Positions 37,401-50,032 of a stretch of 64,000 bases of DNA are shown in pieces. The notes beneath the pieces are model-generated. The model made no database searches. It was not told the origin of the DNA and was given only the letters and a program-made list of their open reading frames with translations. Position 1 is the first letter of the stretch; each line of letters starts with the position of its first letter. The stretch spans positions 53,322,001 through 53,386,000 of the forward strand of contig OZ249436.1 in assembly GCA_965235115.1 (NCBI GenBank), in the 5' to 3' direction. Both the position numbers and the translations under genes were made by a program. Origin of the DNA: Laetmonice hystrix (taxonomy: Eukaryota).

Positions 37401-40400
37401 TGGGCATCTGGTGTACCGGTACTTAATTAACTTAATTATTCAGATTACACGTATTACATTTATCAGTAAGCACACCACAAAGATTTGTTGACATTTTATG
37501 AGGAAACAAAACGTGCTGGGCAGATCATGACCCAATAAAGTGATTCGGCTCCATAGACATCATGTCATACCACTACTGTATTGTTTGATCTTTAAAGTTT
37601 TTTTTATAAAGGAACAAATTTATCATTCACTGTAAAGTCCATAGTCCATGTGCCGCTGGTTTGTCACAAAAACAGTCCAACAATTGTAAGACAAGCTTGA
37701 ACATATACACATATATGCCTTTTATGTCTAAATGGAGCACTTTCATGAGTTCAAAACACGTTGGAGATGGAGATCAACATGGCAATTTTTCATTGTGAAA
37801 AGCTTACCGCACACCAGAATGAAAACTTTATAAATGAGAGGTGAGAGGATACAATTTCAGTTTGTGGCCAGGGAAAGGTGCTGACCATAATACCATTACA
37901 CCCTCTAAAAATTAAAGGTGAAAATTAAAAAGACAATCAGAGAAGTCTTCAAGATGATTTTACCTCTTTTATTGAAGGGGGAGTGGAAGGACTTGGGGAG
38001 GGGGGGGGGGAGAACCATTTCTAACCCTGGATTAGAAAATAGGAATATCATTACAAATAAGATTCTCAGAAGTGTACTTTATTTTCCTTTCATTAGGTTT
38101 AGTTATATTTCCCTTTCAGTGTGGTCTACGATCCTGTACCCTTGTGAGTTTAGTCAGAGTCTGTTTAAATACAGTGGATAGTGCTTCTTTCCAGTTCAAA
38201 GTACTGTTGTCGTGCACATAGTCACGGCAGTTGGACTGGAAGGTGCGGTCACAGAATTGATAATGGTGAACCAAGGCATAATCAACGCTAACAGGCAGTC
38301 CTGCCAAGGAGTTACCCCCATGGAAAACCAACGGATACACAACATTTTTACCCACTTCACTGATATACTGAGGCCGTACTATATATTTGGCATACTTTTT
38401 GGAAGTAAAAGCAGTACGCCTTGTTGAAACCATTGTTCTAAGTGAGTCACCCATTTCCGGAGGAAAGAAAGCACTACTGAACTTGAAGAAACTGTGAGAT
38501 GCGCCATATTTAGCACTGACAGTAAGCAGCAGCTGGGTCCATGTAGATAGATTCTGCTTTGGAACTAAAAATTCATCAATGGATGTGAAAAGAAGATGTT
38601 TGTGGGAGGCCATATTAGTGTAGAGGCAGTGCTGGATAGCCAGGCCTTGGGCAAAGTACCACGTCCTGTCACGGGGCACTGGTAGGTTCCATTCATAGGC
38701 TGTGGCTAGCCCTGCCTGTACGTAATAGTCAAGTACTCGGTCCGTGTTATGGTTACTGAACGCATCCTCTGTGTCCCCTGAGAACTTGTAAAAGTAGAAG
38801 TGATCAGCTCCAAGTAGCCTATTAAATTCTATGAACTCGACAAGGCGGTGCTGGCTGAGGATGCCCCACAGGGGAGGCACACAGAGTCCTAGGTTGATCA
38901 GGTTCGGCAGGATTAGATACTGAGTGGCCAACACGGGCAGTCGTATCTGATTCTGGCTCCAGAATGGAAGCAGGGAAACGTACACTTCGCATGGTCGCCG
39001 GCCGGTAGAGGCGATCAGTTGGGGGCTGCTGCAGGTTATGAAGTATTCTTTATACTCCTTCTCATGGTTCTGGTTAAACGGCACGAGTTTGGCGGGCATA
39101 ACCAGCTCAGGTGACCCTTGATGTCCAGTGTGGCAGTACAGGGATACGTTGGCTTGCTGTTTCCACGAGGTATGAACAAGTGCAAGGATCCTGACACTCA
39201 CCTGGTCTGAGTCTCGGTCGTCATAAAATACCGGTGATATGACATACATTTGATGTTGTACAATGGTGACTAGTCGAGGCCTCTTGAATTTGTTGGCGTC
39301 ATCAAAGCACTGGTCAGTCTCTGGATGAAGTCCTTTTTTATGTGGCTGGTTTTTAAACAAACCATCACTCCGTCTTGGATGCCTATCCTTTGCTTTTTTG
39401 AGAGAGCCTTTGTCACTCAAACTGCTGAACAAGATTGCAAACATTATGGTGACAGAAAGAATATAAAATATAAAAAAACAAACGGTGAATCCTTCAAAGT
39501 CAGCACTGGGTCCATAATGACGGTAGAGACTTCTGAGGCGCCGAATCCAGCGTCGGTACAAGTACATCTTCAGTATCGTGTATTTCACAAAGATTGGAGG
39601 TCTTTCAACTCACTAGAAAGCCTATGTTAGGCAGTGTACACAGGAAACCGTAGTCTTGGACTGGTGCATACTGTAAAAGGGAGAATCTTCTCACAATACC
39701 TACTGGAGCAAGTCAATGTGTGAAGAGTCTAGTCTCTAGAGCTGGCAACTGGCCAGTTGAATCCACCAACACTTCGCTGCCTGGCATACACACGTGTCAC
39801 TTGGTGTGGGTCAGTAGTGGTGTGGCACAAGCCTCGGAACTCGCGAACGTTGCCCGATGGAGATAGGGATAGCTTTCAGTGGCCAGAGGCAGAACATGCT
39901 GCTAAAGATGATCCATATATGCATCATGGCATAAATTGGTTCATGCACCATCCAGTTTGTGAGCGAGTTTAATGGAGGACTCCATGCACTGGCAGGTTAG
40001 CCCACCAGGCAGAACCACAGGTGTTTGTCACTCTGCTCCACTCCCACGCTGGACCCTTGAGATTAAGAAAGAATAACAGATAATGTGATATACTTGTACA
40101 TGTAATGCACAGCTGATCAGTTCTGCCATACTACAACTTCAAAGCTACTCCAGAATTAGAATGCGAAAAAAATTGAGACTTGAAGGATTAACACATTGCT
40201 GCCACAAAGTTAGTTGGCCACGACAGTGAGAATAAATTTGCATAAATTTTCTGCATTGAGTCCGACTACACAGTCCTTAACTTAAGTCATTAAGTGGGTG
40301 ATCAATTTTATGGTGTATGGTACAGAGTGGTAGTGCCTAGAGTCTCTATAATCGTTGTATGATCTGTACAGTCCATGTCAGATCTACATTTGCGTATGCC

Positions 40401-43259
40401 GTGTATGACAACAACTGTGCACATTTTGTGGATGTCTGTGTTAATGTGAGACAAAATCCATGTTTTAACTGTGTCCATACAGTTACATTTAGTCAACTGA
40501 CCTACTTCTTGTACTTTAGAAGACCCTAGAAGAGGCTTCCTTCTAATGAAATCACATGACACAAGAATAAATTTCATATGGTGTCACTGGATGTGATAGA
40601 GCATGGAAATATGGGGAAAGCATAATGCATTATGCAATAAATTTTACGTTTCTGTTTTCCAAACCCAGAAAAATATTGGCTACATTTTGTATCATTTCCT
40701 TGTTGTTCTAAAATTGAAAATGTGTTGTCCTAAGGGCCAAAATAGCAGGGCAACAGAAAATTTTAAATGTACAAATAAATTAATTCTGTGAATGGTGTTA
40801 TCAATAGTTGTATTACTGTCCAGAGTAATGTTTTATGGATGTAATGTCCAGCTCCATCGTGCTCTGGCTCATAGCCCATCAGCGTATGCCGTGTATGACA
40901 ACAACTGTGCACATATTGTGGATGTCTATGTTAATGTGAGACAAAATCCATGTTTTAACTGTCTCCATAGCAGTTGCCAGATTGGATATCCAGCTCCAAA
41001 ATATGTTTGTGTGTTGTGGTGATACCTGCTTTAGGTGTTTCTTCATGGAAGTTCTGGCCATATGTATTTACAGGCTATTACCACTCCAAGCATGGCTGTA
41101 TCTCACATTATGTTGGAAGCCTACAAGAAATACATCCTGGTGGCCCTTATCCTGCAGGGAAAGGTAAGCGATGGCATAGCAACAATTGTGGGCATAGCTT
41201 TAACCCTTACCACATCACATTTAACTCATTTATGTATTTATATATTAATGCTCTTTGTCTTTATGCACAATTTTCTAACATGCATTTTCTTTCAGATACC
41301 CAATTTGCCAAAATACACATCCCAAGTGGTCGGCCGCTACATCAAGGTAGGACTGCATCCGTTAAATGAACTCTTTCTGATATAGTCAAATTGTTGAACA
41401 GAATTTCTTTTGGACAAAGCTGATCAAATTGTGAACATTGCCTTCTCCTATTGCAGCCACTGTGTCAACATTACCATGACTTGGCCACAGCCTACAGTAC
41501 CAACAACCCAGATGAGTTGAGAACTGTTGTCGTCAAGCACACCGATACCTTCACTAGGGTAAGAAGGTTGGTCTGTAAGACCAGGGGGTGTTTCACTAAG
41601 CTGTTTGACCTGGTCGGACTGTCTGACTTTCTATTGTCTATTGTCATGGGTACTTCAGTTCATAGCAGTTGATAAAGTCTTGCTCCACCTAATTATGTTG
41701 CCTGCATACCATTCTCAGGACAACAATATGGGGCTTGTAAAGCAGTGCATCACATCGCTCTACAAGAAGAACATCCAACGTCTTACAAAGGTAAGAATAA
41801 ATTGAGAATGGTGGCCTAAACTGAATTATAAGGTAGTGATAAAGCTGCTACTTCTGATTGCTACTTCTGATTGACAAAAATAAAAGTAAAAATAAGGAGA
41901 ATGGATCTTAGCTAAAGGCAAAATCAGTACACAACGTGTGTTTCCCTCCATTTGTAGTACCTGCTGACAGAAATTCTTTAGTCGTCTTTATAGGAATATT
42001 AGAATTTGGTCGCTGCAGAACATCTTTTTTACTCACATTTCTCAGTATAACCCTGGTTTCCTTTTTGAAGACCTTCCTTACCCTATCCCTGTCGGATATG
42101 GCCAACCGAGTTCAGTTGTCGGGGCCAAAAGAGGCAGAAAAATATGTTCTTCATATGGTAGGTATATATATTGCAGTTTCCTGGTTTGAGTAATGTAGTC
42201 AAAAGTCAAGATTGTGTGACTACTTGCTGGTATCCTCAGAACGTGTGTGATATTGTGAAAGGTATAGATTACAACAGGAAGGAACAGGACAAAATCCATT
42301 TTAAGTTAGAACCATGTCCATGGTAAATGTATCTAGGTTTGATATAGTTCATTGATTTATCAAGTTTTTCTGTTTGACTAGATTGAAGATGGAGAAATTT
42401 ACGCCACCATCAACCAGAAGGATGGCATGGTCAGTTTCCATGACAACCCAGAGAAATACAACAATGTAGCAATGTTGTTGATGCTCGACAAGGAGGTAGG
42501 CAATGGAACTGCTATTTGCCTTCCCCAAATTCACATTGATTACTTTGAACTATGGTCGTAGCGAGCCCATCGTAGCGAGTTGTGTACTTATGTTGTCAAG
42601 CAGGTTTTTCATTTAAATTTCGACTATTACGGTATTATATCCTATGCCTTTTGAACATATTTAACTTCTCCATAGGTGTTCAGTACCTGAAAGTGATGAG
42701 TACCTTTGCTTACAGATGCAGAAATGTATAGAACTGGATGAAAAATTGAAGGAAATGGACCGGGAAATTGCAGTGAACCCTCAGTTTGTACAAAAGGTAA
42801 ACCTTTTCACATTTAAAGAGAGCCAGTATTATGCAGTAGTGCCAATATACGTGTAATGTTCATGGCTGAGAAGAGGTTGTTTCAAAAGATTAAGACTGAT
42901 CTACAGCAGAGCAGCTGTGAACAGGGGAATCTCCTTTTTTAGCATAAGAAAAACCCATGCTTTTCATAAAAAAAAACGTCATAGAACCACAGTATATGTG
43001 AAGTTTCCAATAGGACAACCACAGTCGATACCACCAAAACGGTAGAACCGATATAACATGTACTGCGTATCAGAAGTTAAAGCTTTCATTTTTCTCTGAG
43101 TGGTGAGATCAACTGTAATTTCCTTTCAATCTTTCAAACCATCAAGTTATATCCTTGGCTCATTTGATATTTCATGTTTCCTTGTAGAGTTCTGGATTAC
43201 ACGATGAAGATCTTCCTGGCACAACATCTAGCAAGGTGCCAGGCGGCTACACCATGTAA
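31405..43259 (+). CDS. COPS3: COP9 signalosome complex subunit 3 (PCI domain), 14 coding exons
   Basis: Exons: 31405(or 31408)-31462 ([19 protein letters not shown]), 35125-35254, 35691-35803, 35935-35984, 36094-36261, 36696-36800 ([12 protein letters not shown]), 41074-41163 ([21 protein letters not shown]), 41296-41346, 41457-41558, 41719-41790 ([12 protein letters not shown]), 42071-42157 ([14 protein letters not shown]), 42382-42495 ([12 protein letters not shown]), 42716-42796, 43188-43259. All introns are GT-AG. The peptides match CSN3 as I recall it. AATAAA occurs at 43741 and ~43753. Confidence 0.96.
31955..32077. mobile_element. PIF/Harbinger-like MITE (123 bp), CTG target duplication
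   Basis: CTG|GGCCCCATTTCACTAAGCTGGC ... GCCGGCTTAGTGAAACGGGGCC|CTG. Confidence 0.75.
32184..32558. mobile_element. MITE (375 bp) with an 8-bp TSD and subterminal inverted CGGCCGC-rich repeats (hAT/MULE-like)
   Basis: Direct repeat GCAACAAT at 32176-32183 and 32559-32566; ~32-bp inverted repeat TTTCGGCCGCCTGCC(G/A)GTTCGGCCGCCCGTAT; internal GGTTAA/GGTTAG repeats. Confidence 0.75.
32605..33682. mobile_element. Non-autonomous hAT-like element (1078 bp), CAG...CTG termini, 5-bp TSD
   Basis: CTTGA|CAGGGCTGGTCCTAAG ... CTTAAGTCCAGCCCTG|CTTGA; subterminal GGACAACC/GGTTGTCC repeats at both ends. Confidence 0.8.
34001..34866. mobile_element. PIF/Harbinger-like non-autonomous element (866 bp), CTG target duplication
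   Basis: CTG|GGGGGTGTTTCACTAAC ... GTTAGTGAAACACCCCC|CTG (17-bp TIR); subterminal GTCCGAC/GTCGGAC repeats. It interrupts a run of GTCGATATGGCC repeats (33949-33996, resuming ~34887). Confidence 0.85.
38116..39588 (-). CDS. Intronless 490-aa type II membrane glycosyltransferase family 92 (DUF23)-like protein, nested antisense in COPS3 intron 6
   Basis: Long ORF with an N-terminal TM helix ([21 protein letters not shown]) and GT92-type motifs LCVPPLWG...[52 protein letters not shown]. Possible 5'UTR acceptor at ~39671. Confidence 0.85.
   Translation of the reverse strand: MKYTILKMYLYRRWIRRLRSLYRHYGPSADFEGFTVCFFIFYILSVTIMFAILFSSLSDKGSLKKAKDRHPRRSDGLFKNQPHKKGLHPETDQCFDDANKFKRPRLVTIVQHQMYVISPVFYDDRDSDQVSVRILALVHTSWKQQANVSLYCHTGHQGSPELVMPAKLVPFNQNHEKEYKEYFITCSSPQLIASTGRRPCEVYVSLLPFWSQNQIRLPVLATQYLILPNLINLGLCVPPLWGILSQHRLVEFIEFNRLLGADHFYFYKFSGDTEDAFSNHNTDRVLDYYVQAGLATAYEWNLPVPRDRTWYFAQGLAIQHCLYTNMASHKHLLFTSIDEFLVPKQNLSTWTQLLLTVSAKYGASHSFFKFSSAFFPPEMGDSLRTMVSTRRTAFTSKKYAKYIVRPQYISEVGKNVVYPLVFHGGNSLAGLPVSVDYALVHHYQFCDRTFQSNCRDYVHDNSTLNWKEALSTVFKQTLTKLTRVQDRRPH
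40392..40975. repeat. Dispersed ~90-bp direct repeat (40392-40484 and 40882-40975)
   Basis: GCGTATGCCGTGTATGACAACAACTGTGCAC...ACAAAATCCATGTTTTAACTGT occurs twice, ~490 bp apart, with few mismatches. Confidence 0.85.
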
Positions 43260-44778
43260 AGTTGGCAATGGCCAGGGGGTTACGTCTCAGAAAACTTCCT
43301 TACCTTGCCTAGACTTGCCTAGCCTGTCAGTCCTGCATTGTCATCACAGCAATCCAAGCTTTGCTCTTTTTTTTATCAACCCAAATGCACTTGTCAGAGG
43401 GCAAGGTGGCTGGATGGTGTTGGAGCCTGAGCCATCATTGTAGGACACCGTTGGTTATTGGATGCTGTAGAACAGAGTGTTCACGTACACGTAACATTTA
43501 TTGCTAAATTTATGTCTGCAGTATTTAAGAAAGAAAAAGGATCGTTTTTTAAAAACACCAAATATTTCCTTAAAAATAAAATGTTGATTGATTCAAGTGA
43601 GAGGCATTATGTGTGTTACTCTGTTGATGACATTTCCTGTTTACTCTGAAAGGATAACTGAGATGCCAGGTACTAGTAAGTTAAAAACACATACAGTTTA
43701 AACTGCATCTGGAAAACCTGGAAAACAAAATTCTGGGACTAATAAAGGATAAAATAAATATTTATATCATCACGTTTTATTCTTTAGCAAGTGCCTACAG
43801 GGAACTTGCACCTGACATTGCTAACTTTTCAAAGAACTCTTGTGTGAATTGATACCCGCTTTCGGTTATCCAAGTAGAAAGATCACAGCAATCAATCGGT
43901 ACATTTCAGTTAGAAGCCAACAAACATGAAGGCAGGGCTGACCACAAGGTCCAGCCGACTCCCTTGGGCCTGGGACGTAGAGTGCTGACCTGCCTAAAGG
44001 AAACTGCCTAAAGTCGCTGGATCTGTTACCAGGCCCCGTTTTTTAGTTTGCAAAAAATCAAATCTTAAGACTAAATTCTTGTTTCAGAGGTTCTGATTGG
44101 TCCTTCAAATGAAGTCAGCCAATGAGAGACCATAGCACAAGTCAGTCTTAAAATTTCAGTCTTAAGATTGGTAAAATGACGAACTAAAACCTGGGGCCAG
44201 GGGTATCTCGGTTTTAACCCATTCAGACTAGATCAGAAAAAAAACGCATTCCAGAAGATTAAGACCTGACAGTGTCCCTCCTGCCCACAATGAAGATATA
44301 GTATCGCATGAATTTCAATTCATATGCGGCGTTTCACAAAAAATAGGTCTGCATTGTAGTCCTCTGATATGATTCAAAGCTCCCCTACCTATCTATGTAG
44401 ACTTGGTGTGTATTATGTAAAATAAATGATAAAAGTTGGGATTTTCTTACTGGCTGGATAACCATTGACCAGTCTGAATCCATACAGCAAACCGTACATG
44501 TTGGCAACCCTGCAAATGTATTACTAAATGTTTAAAATGAAAACAACATTCAAAAATTTAATAAACGTTTAATAGTTTCAATTGTCCTTCGCCGACACAT
44601 TCTATTTGCTCCAGCAGTTTGGCAGTGAACTAAAAAATTGCTTTTTTTTCACAGCCTTTTAACATGCATGAGATTTTACACGTCAGGGGAGCTGATATTT
44701 CACCAATAGCTACAATAGGCAGCACAATGCAGTGGAGTCTTGGTAAAGTTCTTTTATATACACTCTGACCAGTTGGTG

Positions 44779-47146
44779 TCATTGCCAAAAGTCATCCTTG
44801 ACTTTTTCTTTATCAAAAGCCGTAGCACAGTCAAATAAGATTGATTTAGGCTCTGGCAACTTGTCTGGTTTGCTTTGTTGGTCCTTGGCTAATCGTCCTC
44901 GATGATGTTCCAATACCTGAAATAAAAAAAATGTTTTATAAAACATGAATCGAGTTCCATTACACAGTGCAACCATCTGTTTTCAAAGTAGTATTTCCAC
45001 TAATTTCACCTAATATACTTGGGCACATTCCTTCAGGAGAGGGCCCAATGTTATTGGGGTTTTTTCATCATTTTTAGACTGAAAGATCCTGTTCTGCTTT
45101 CCAGAAATCATTGATGGGTAAATCATTGATAAGAGTACCAACAGGGCCCCTGAATACCCTTAATTCTCTTTTTTTTTTTTTTTTTTTTTTTAAACAAAAT
45201 GATCTTTATTGAAGAAGATATACACAAGGCTATAAGCCTGTTTCCTGGTAAACCTCCTACAATAGTCACGCGTTTCCCGAATACCTTATCCTCGATACTA
45301 TCTATTACATAGGTATGATAGAAGAGTGAGATGATAATGAGATGTGTGGGTGATTATAGCATCTGTACAGGGGGGGAAATGCCATGATACACATTTACAT
45401 GTCAACTTCATAGGGCTAATATAGGGAACAAACATACACATTCCTTCAATCTACAATACAGTTCTTTGTTTTGGATTTAAAAAGTTTATATGATGCACAT
45501 ACTTGGTGTTCCATACTTAGGCTATTCCAAAGTTTAGAGCCTTTATACACCAAGGAGTCTTTGAACTTTTCTAAATTAGGTTTAGTCACTACCATGAGCT
45601 TTTTCCTATGTTCTCTTGTTATTAGGTTTCTATTGTCTATATAGTGGGGGTCCGATGATCTTTTAAACATAAAGTTCGCAAGATGCTGTTTTCTTCTAGT
45701 AATTAGCTTACAGAGATTTAACTTTTCATGCAATTCATCAGTGGAAAGATGTTTTTGGTTGACACCAGCTATGCATCTAAGAGACCGATTTTGGATCCTT
45801 TGTAACTTATCGAGTTCCATTACACTATGGCTAGAGTAAAGGATTCCTATGTTAAAGCTCATCATCAATGTTCTGTACAATAAGGGTCATGATTCACCTT
45901 TAAATAAACTGTCGTCATTGATATGGGATAAACACCACAATTTGAATCTACCTTTGTGACATCATCATTCTTGACGGCACTGAGGGCTGCAATCCGCTTC
46001 AGGTTCAACAAATTCCCCTCAACCAAGTCCCGAGATTGACAAGAAGCAACATCCTCTGAAATCAAAAAAAAAAAAGACCAACATTTACATGGACATCAGA
46101 ACAATTTTAAATCTGAAAGGAGAAGCAACTGTCACATACTGTAAATAAAATAGCAATAATATGAAATCACTTTTTTCTTGTAAAAATAGCAGGGGGGCTA
46201 TAGGTAGCACTGCAATCACAACCTTGGTAGTGACGATAAATATATACAAATACCTTCTGCAGTTCTAAGGCGTTTTGAGTTTTTTGTTCCCTGTTGTTTT
46301 TCTTGTTTCTTCAATTTCTGCAGTTTCTTTTTAATGCCACGTTTATTTGTCCCAATCAATTTCATTGGATCAGACTTCTTCTTCTTTGATTTATCTGTAG
46401 AAGAAAATGTACAAGGTATTAGATTAGTAGTACAAGTATGAGCAGAAACAAAATTATGAACCTGCTTGCAACTGTTATGGTAACATTACACTAGCTGGGC
46501 TAGGCCTACTCCAACTATAGGCCATACTCAGCCTAAAAAATGGGGGGGGGGGGGGAGGGGGGTTCAGACCTAAGTTCAGAGGAGCACCCTCATCACAAAG
46601 TCAAAGGGCACTTTTTCACCCCCTAGCCTAGGGCTAGGCCCTAACTAAGCTAGGGTTAGTAGGTGCGTTAGTAGATATAGTAATCATGTGATAACCAGTG
46701 TTTGTTAAATCTGAGAAACCTCCAACAGTGAAACTCCAGTAAAATCTTCACAATAACCCTCAAGCAAGATGGAAGACCCCCCTTCACCTTGGCAGGTCTG
46801 AAACAATAGGAAACCATACACCCGGTGATTGCAGACTGGCCCCCTCCCCGGCCCGTCGGCCTCACTCCGCTCAGCCAGAGGAACAGGCAGCGGGGCGCAC
46901 CGCTCTCAAAACACACGTTAGCGCAGCGAACGCGTGGCGTACACCACTGGAAGCTATAACTGGACTCCGGTGCACAGCCCCTGACTATTATAAAACCCTG
47001 GTAGACCGTAACGTTAGAGATCTAGGTCTTGGCTAGCTCCACAAACACTAACGTTGTTAATGTTAATTGTTATACTTACGCGATTTTTCTGTCGATAGGT
47101 CGCCCTGAAACATTTCAAGACTCTTCTTCAATAGCGACATCGACAT
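44779..47146 (-). CDS. RPS19BP1: Active regulator of SIRT1 / RPS19-binding protein 1-like (149 aa, 4 exons)
   Basis: Exons (-): 47146-47080 (MSMSLLKKSLEMF), 46394-46254 (Lys-rich), 46055-45952 (SRDLVEGNLLNL), 44916-44779 (VLEHHRGRLAKD). Phases are consistent, total 450 nt. Motifs resemble human AROS (MSAALLRRGLELL, RDHLRVNLKFL, ILRQNRGRKACD) as recalled. Confidence 0.72.
45168..45865 (-). mobile_element. 5'-truncated non-LTR retrotransposon (LINE; CR1/L2/Crack-like) 3' end with poly(A) tail
   Basis: Poly(T) at 45168-45191 with TTTATT (AATAAA on -) ~13 bp inside. ORF 45446-45880 encodes an RT C-terminal-type region (LDKLQRIQNRSLRCI...LITRRKQHLANFMFK...YKGSKLWNSL). It lies in intron 3 of the AROS-like gene; the 5' boundary is approximate. 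Confidence 0.85.
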
Positions 47147-47302
47147 CTTCGCATGAGACTTCCTACACCAGGCTAACTTTCAATCGGTTGATGATTACAA
47201 GAAATCCTACTAATGAAACTGTGTTTTGAATCAATGTAAAGCCTCCTGCACTACACTACAGTACAACAACATAACCTACAGTACACACTAACACAGTTCG
47301 TC

Positions 47303-47329
47303 CAAGGATTATAGTCTCTATAATCCTTG
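47303..47329. mobile_element. 27-bp P-superfamily-like remnant/excision footprint with a 7-bp TSD
   Basis: GTTCGTC|CAAGGATTATAG-TCT-CTATAATCCTTG|GTTCGTC; CAWRG termini, perfect 12-bp inverted repeat. Confidence 0.7.
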
Positions 47330-47528
47330 GTTCGTCCATGTGGACAACTGGACGATAATTAGCACTGTTACGCGGCTCACTTCCGCCAGGGGTCTAGCAG
47401 CCCCCTACCGGTAGGACAGGGAAGCAGGAGATTGACGACGAAACGGCTAAATCAGTATGAAGAAATACTGTAGCGGGCTTTCCTATGATGAAAAAAAAGT
47501 TCATCCCCTTTAGGCACCCCTTTAGGTA

Positions 47529-47665
47529 CCGGGGTACTTGAAGAATCTAAGTTGTGAAATCTAGTCACCACCGCATGGCGGTACACCCAAACATGCAAGT
47601 GTGTGCACTCTTCGTCCAGTCTGAGCCAGGTGCATGTAGTTTAACTCGTCTTTAAAGTACCCCGG
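47529..47665. mobile_element. Short MITE with TA flanks (Tc1/mariner-like)
   Basis: TA|CCGGGGTACTT ... AAGTACCCCGG|TA. Confidence 0.55.
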
Positions 47666-50032
47666 TAGCCTATATCCCTGCAGCTAAATTGGTTTGTCGA
47701 GGGCCGTCACTGTTTAGTTTAATCATGCGTGACCATGGGGTGACAAGACGGAATTAAGGAAACAAAGCACAATTCGAAATGTGGTGTTAATTTTATTTTT
47801 TTTCCATTTGCGAAAAAAGTTGCAATCATTGAGGTGACTGAAATAAAACAACCAATGTTATTTCTTTACAAGCAGATGTTTCATTCAGTAGAAATGTATG
47901 GTACAGTACTAATAATACTCTTGAAGTAGACAGGTAGGATCACATTTCTTGTTATGTACAATGTATGTACCCCCAGTACATGTTAACATTGAGGGAAATC
48001 CCATGACCGAACGTACATTAGTCATTAGACCTGGTGGTGAATGTCATGCAAGACAAGAACATTACATATATATAATCTGAGGCATTAAGAAGCTGTCCCT
48101 GTCCTCGTTAAAATGAATCATTCTCAAATATGCGCTGTGCCGAGTACAATACTGTATGCAGCTGTAAATATTGGCACACCTCCAACTTTTTCTTATCGAC
48201 ACTTAACTACAATGCGTACGTTATTAGAGGTTCCATCTATTATTGAATGCATGTAAATTTGGTTGATATACCTGCTGTTTTAGAAAATGAGATATTTCAA
48301 CCAGTCAGATACTGATAAACTGGTCTCTACATAATATATTCTTTGGCATTTAGTGACTATTCAAAATACAGATCACACTAAGAGAGAAAAACACTTCTAA
48401 ATTTCTATTTCAATATACGTCTTCCAAGAGGAAATTTATAACTACCATACAATTCTTGTACACAGTCACACACGAGTTTTGGTCAAGGAAAAGCGCAGAG
48501 GTGGAAGTTCAAAAACTGGTTACTGGCAATGTCCTCAGCCTGCTGAGGAAAGGTCTACATCTCTGGTGACAGTTCACAGATTCTGAGCGATCATGGGGGG
48601 GGGGGGGGGATTTCTCAGTATGGTACTCAAATGCTAGTTTACAACTTCTAGGATATCATCCTAGTTACACATCTTTTCTCATAAAATTATTCAATTAGCT
48701 GCAGTATTCGTACAGTTCAGGTGTTCAGGTAGTATAAATAGTCTTTTCCTAAGAAACATTCGACGAAAGACGAATCGGCCAGTACCACCTAAATAATTCT
48801 CGTTTATACTGTTGGTGTGTAAATACACATAAATATGATCGAAATTGCTGTGTTAGAGAAAAAGAAATGACAGGCTAAGTTCAACAGAGTCCCAGCAAGC
48901 TTATGGAGTCCATTTACGACCAACCATTCTAACCTCCTGGGCCAATTGCCCTTTTAGTTTCTCTAAAAATAACAAAATATGCGCATACCTGCCAACATTT
49001 GGTCAACTCAACGCGGAATCCTCAAAGCATAAAAAAGGACATTTTTTTAATAACTTATTCTCTCCTTAGTTGTCTGCCAATCTATTTTTCACCCTCTATC
49101 TCTCTGCCAGTGCCCACAAACGATCTTTTGTTGGTAAAAAAATGTGCTTTAGGGTATTTAACGTCCAATTGGGGCGAATGTATACGTAGTTCCTAAATTG
49201 TGTGATTTTGTAATATTTTGAGAGGAACGCGGAATACATCATTCAACTTTGAAATATTCCTCAAAATGAATGGCAGGTATGTATGTGGTGTATTTTCATT
49301 TTCAAATTACTATCTTGGGAAGTGGACTGAAAGTCTGTCACATGTGTGGAATGCGGTTCTGATTAAAGCCCAGTTTACAGTCCGTCGAGAGTTAAGTCTG
49401 CGTGAACTCTGACCTAACGTCGAGCGATGGTCGGCCGACGGATTATAAACCGGCCTTCACGCTTTTAATTTATTATTTTAAACATTTCTCTACCATGTCA
49501 GATAATTATTTTGAATATCAATAGGCTACATCTTCACTTGGCCTGGCCAGACAGTAGTTCTACTGCCTTCCAAGTTTGGATTCCACTAGAAGTTAGTTCA
49601 TCAGAATGGAAATAACCAAAAAAGTTTCGAGTGATACCCATCATGACCATAACCTATATCCAGGTCAAGTTCTACATAAAATAGATTGGTAATTAGCCAC
49701 CACATCCTCTGTTCTGGTGCATGTATCGTTTCAAAAGGAGTGTGAGGATTTTCAAGTGAATCACTCGTGCAATGTTTCACAATTAGAAACTGACCATGTT
49801 CTCTAATTAACATGTTAAAAACAGGTACCATATTCAGAATATACAGCACACCATCTTTGATTCCTTAAGTCCTTTACAGTGAAAATGATTACCTATGCTA
49901 TACAACAGCGATACCACTCAACACCTGCAGTGACCAAATTGGAGACAAAGTTTGTGTTTTCATGTAGGGAACCTTTATACTGCTACAGGGAATAATTTAG
50001 AAAGAGAGAGAGATAGAGAGTCTGTAGACTAA

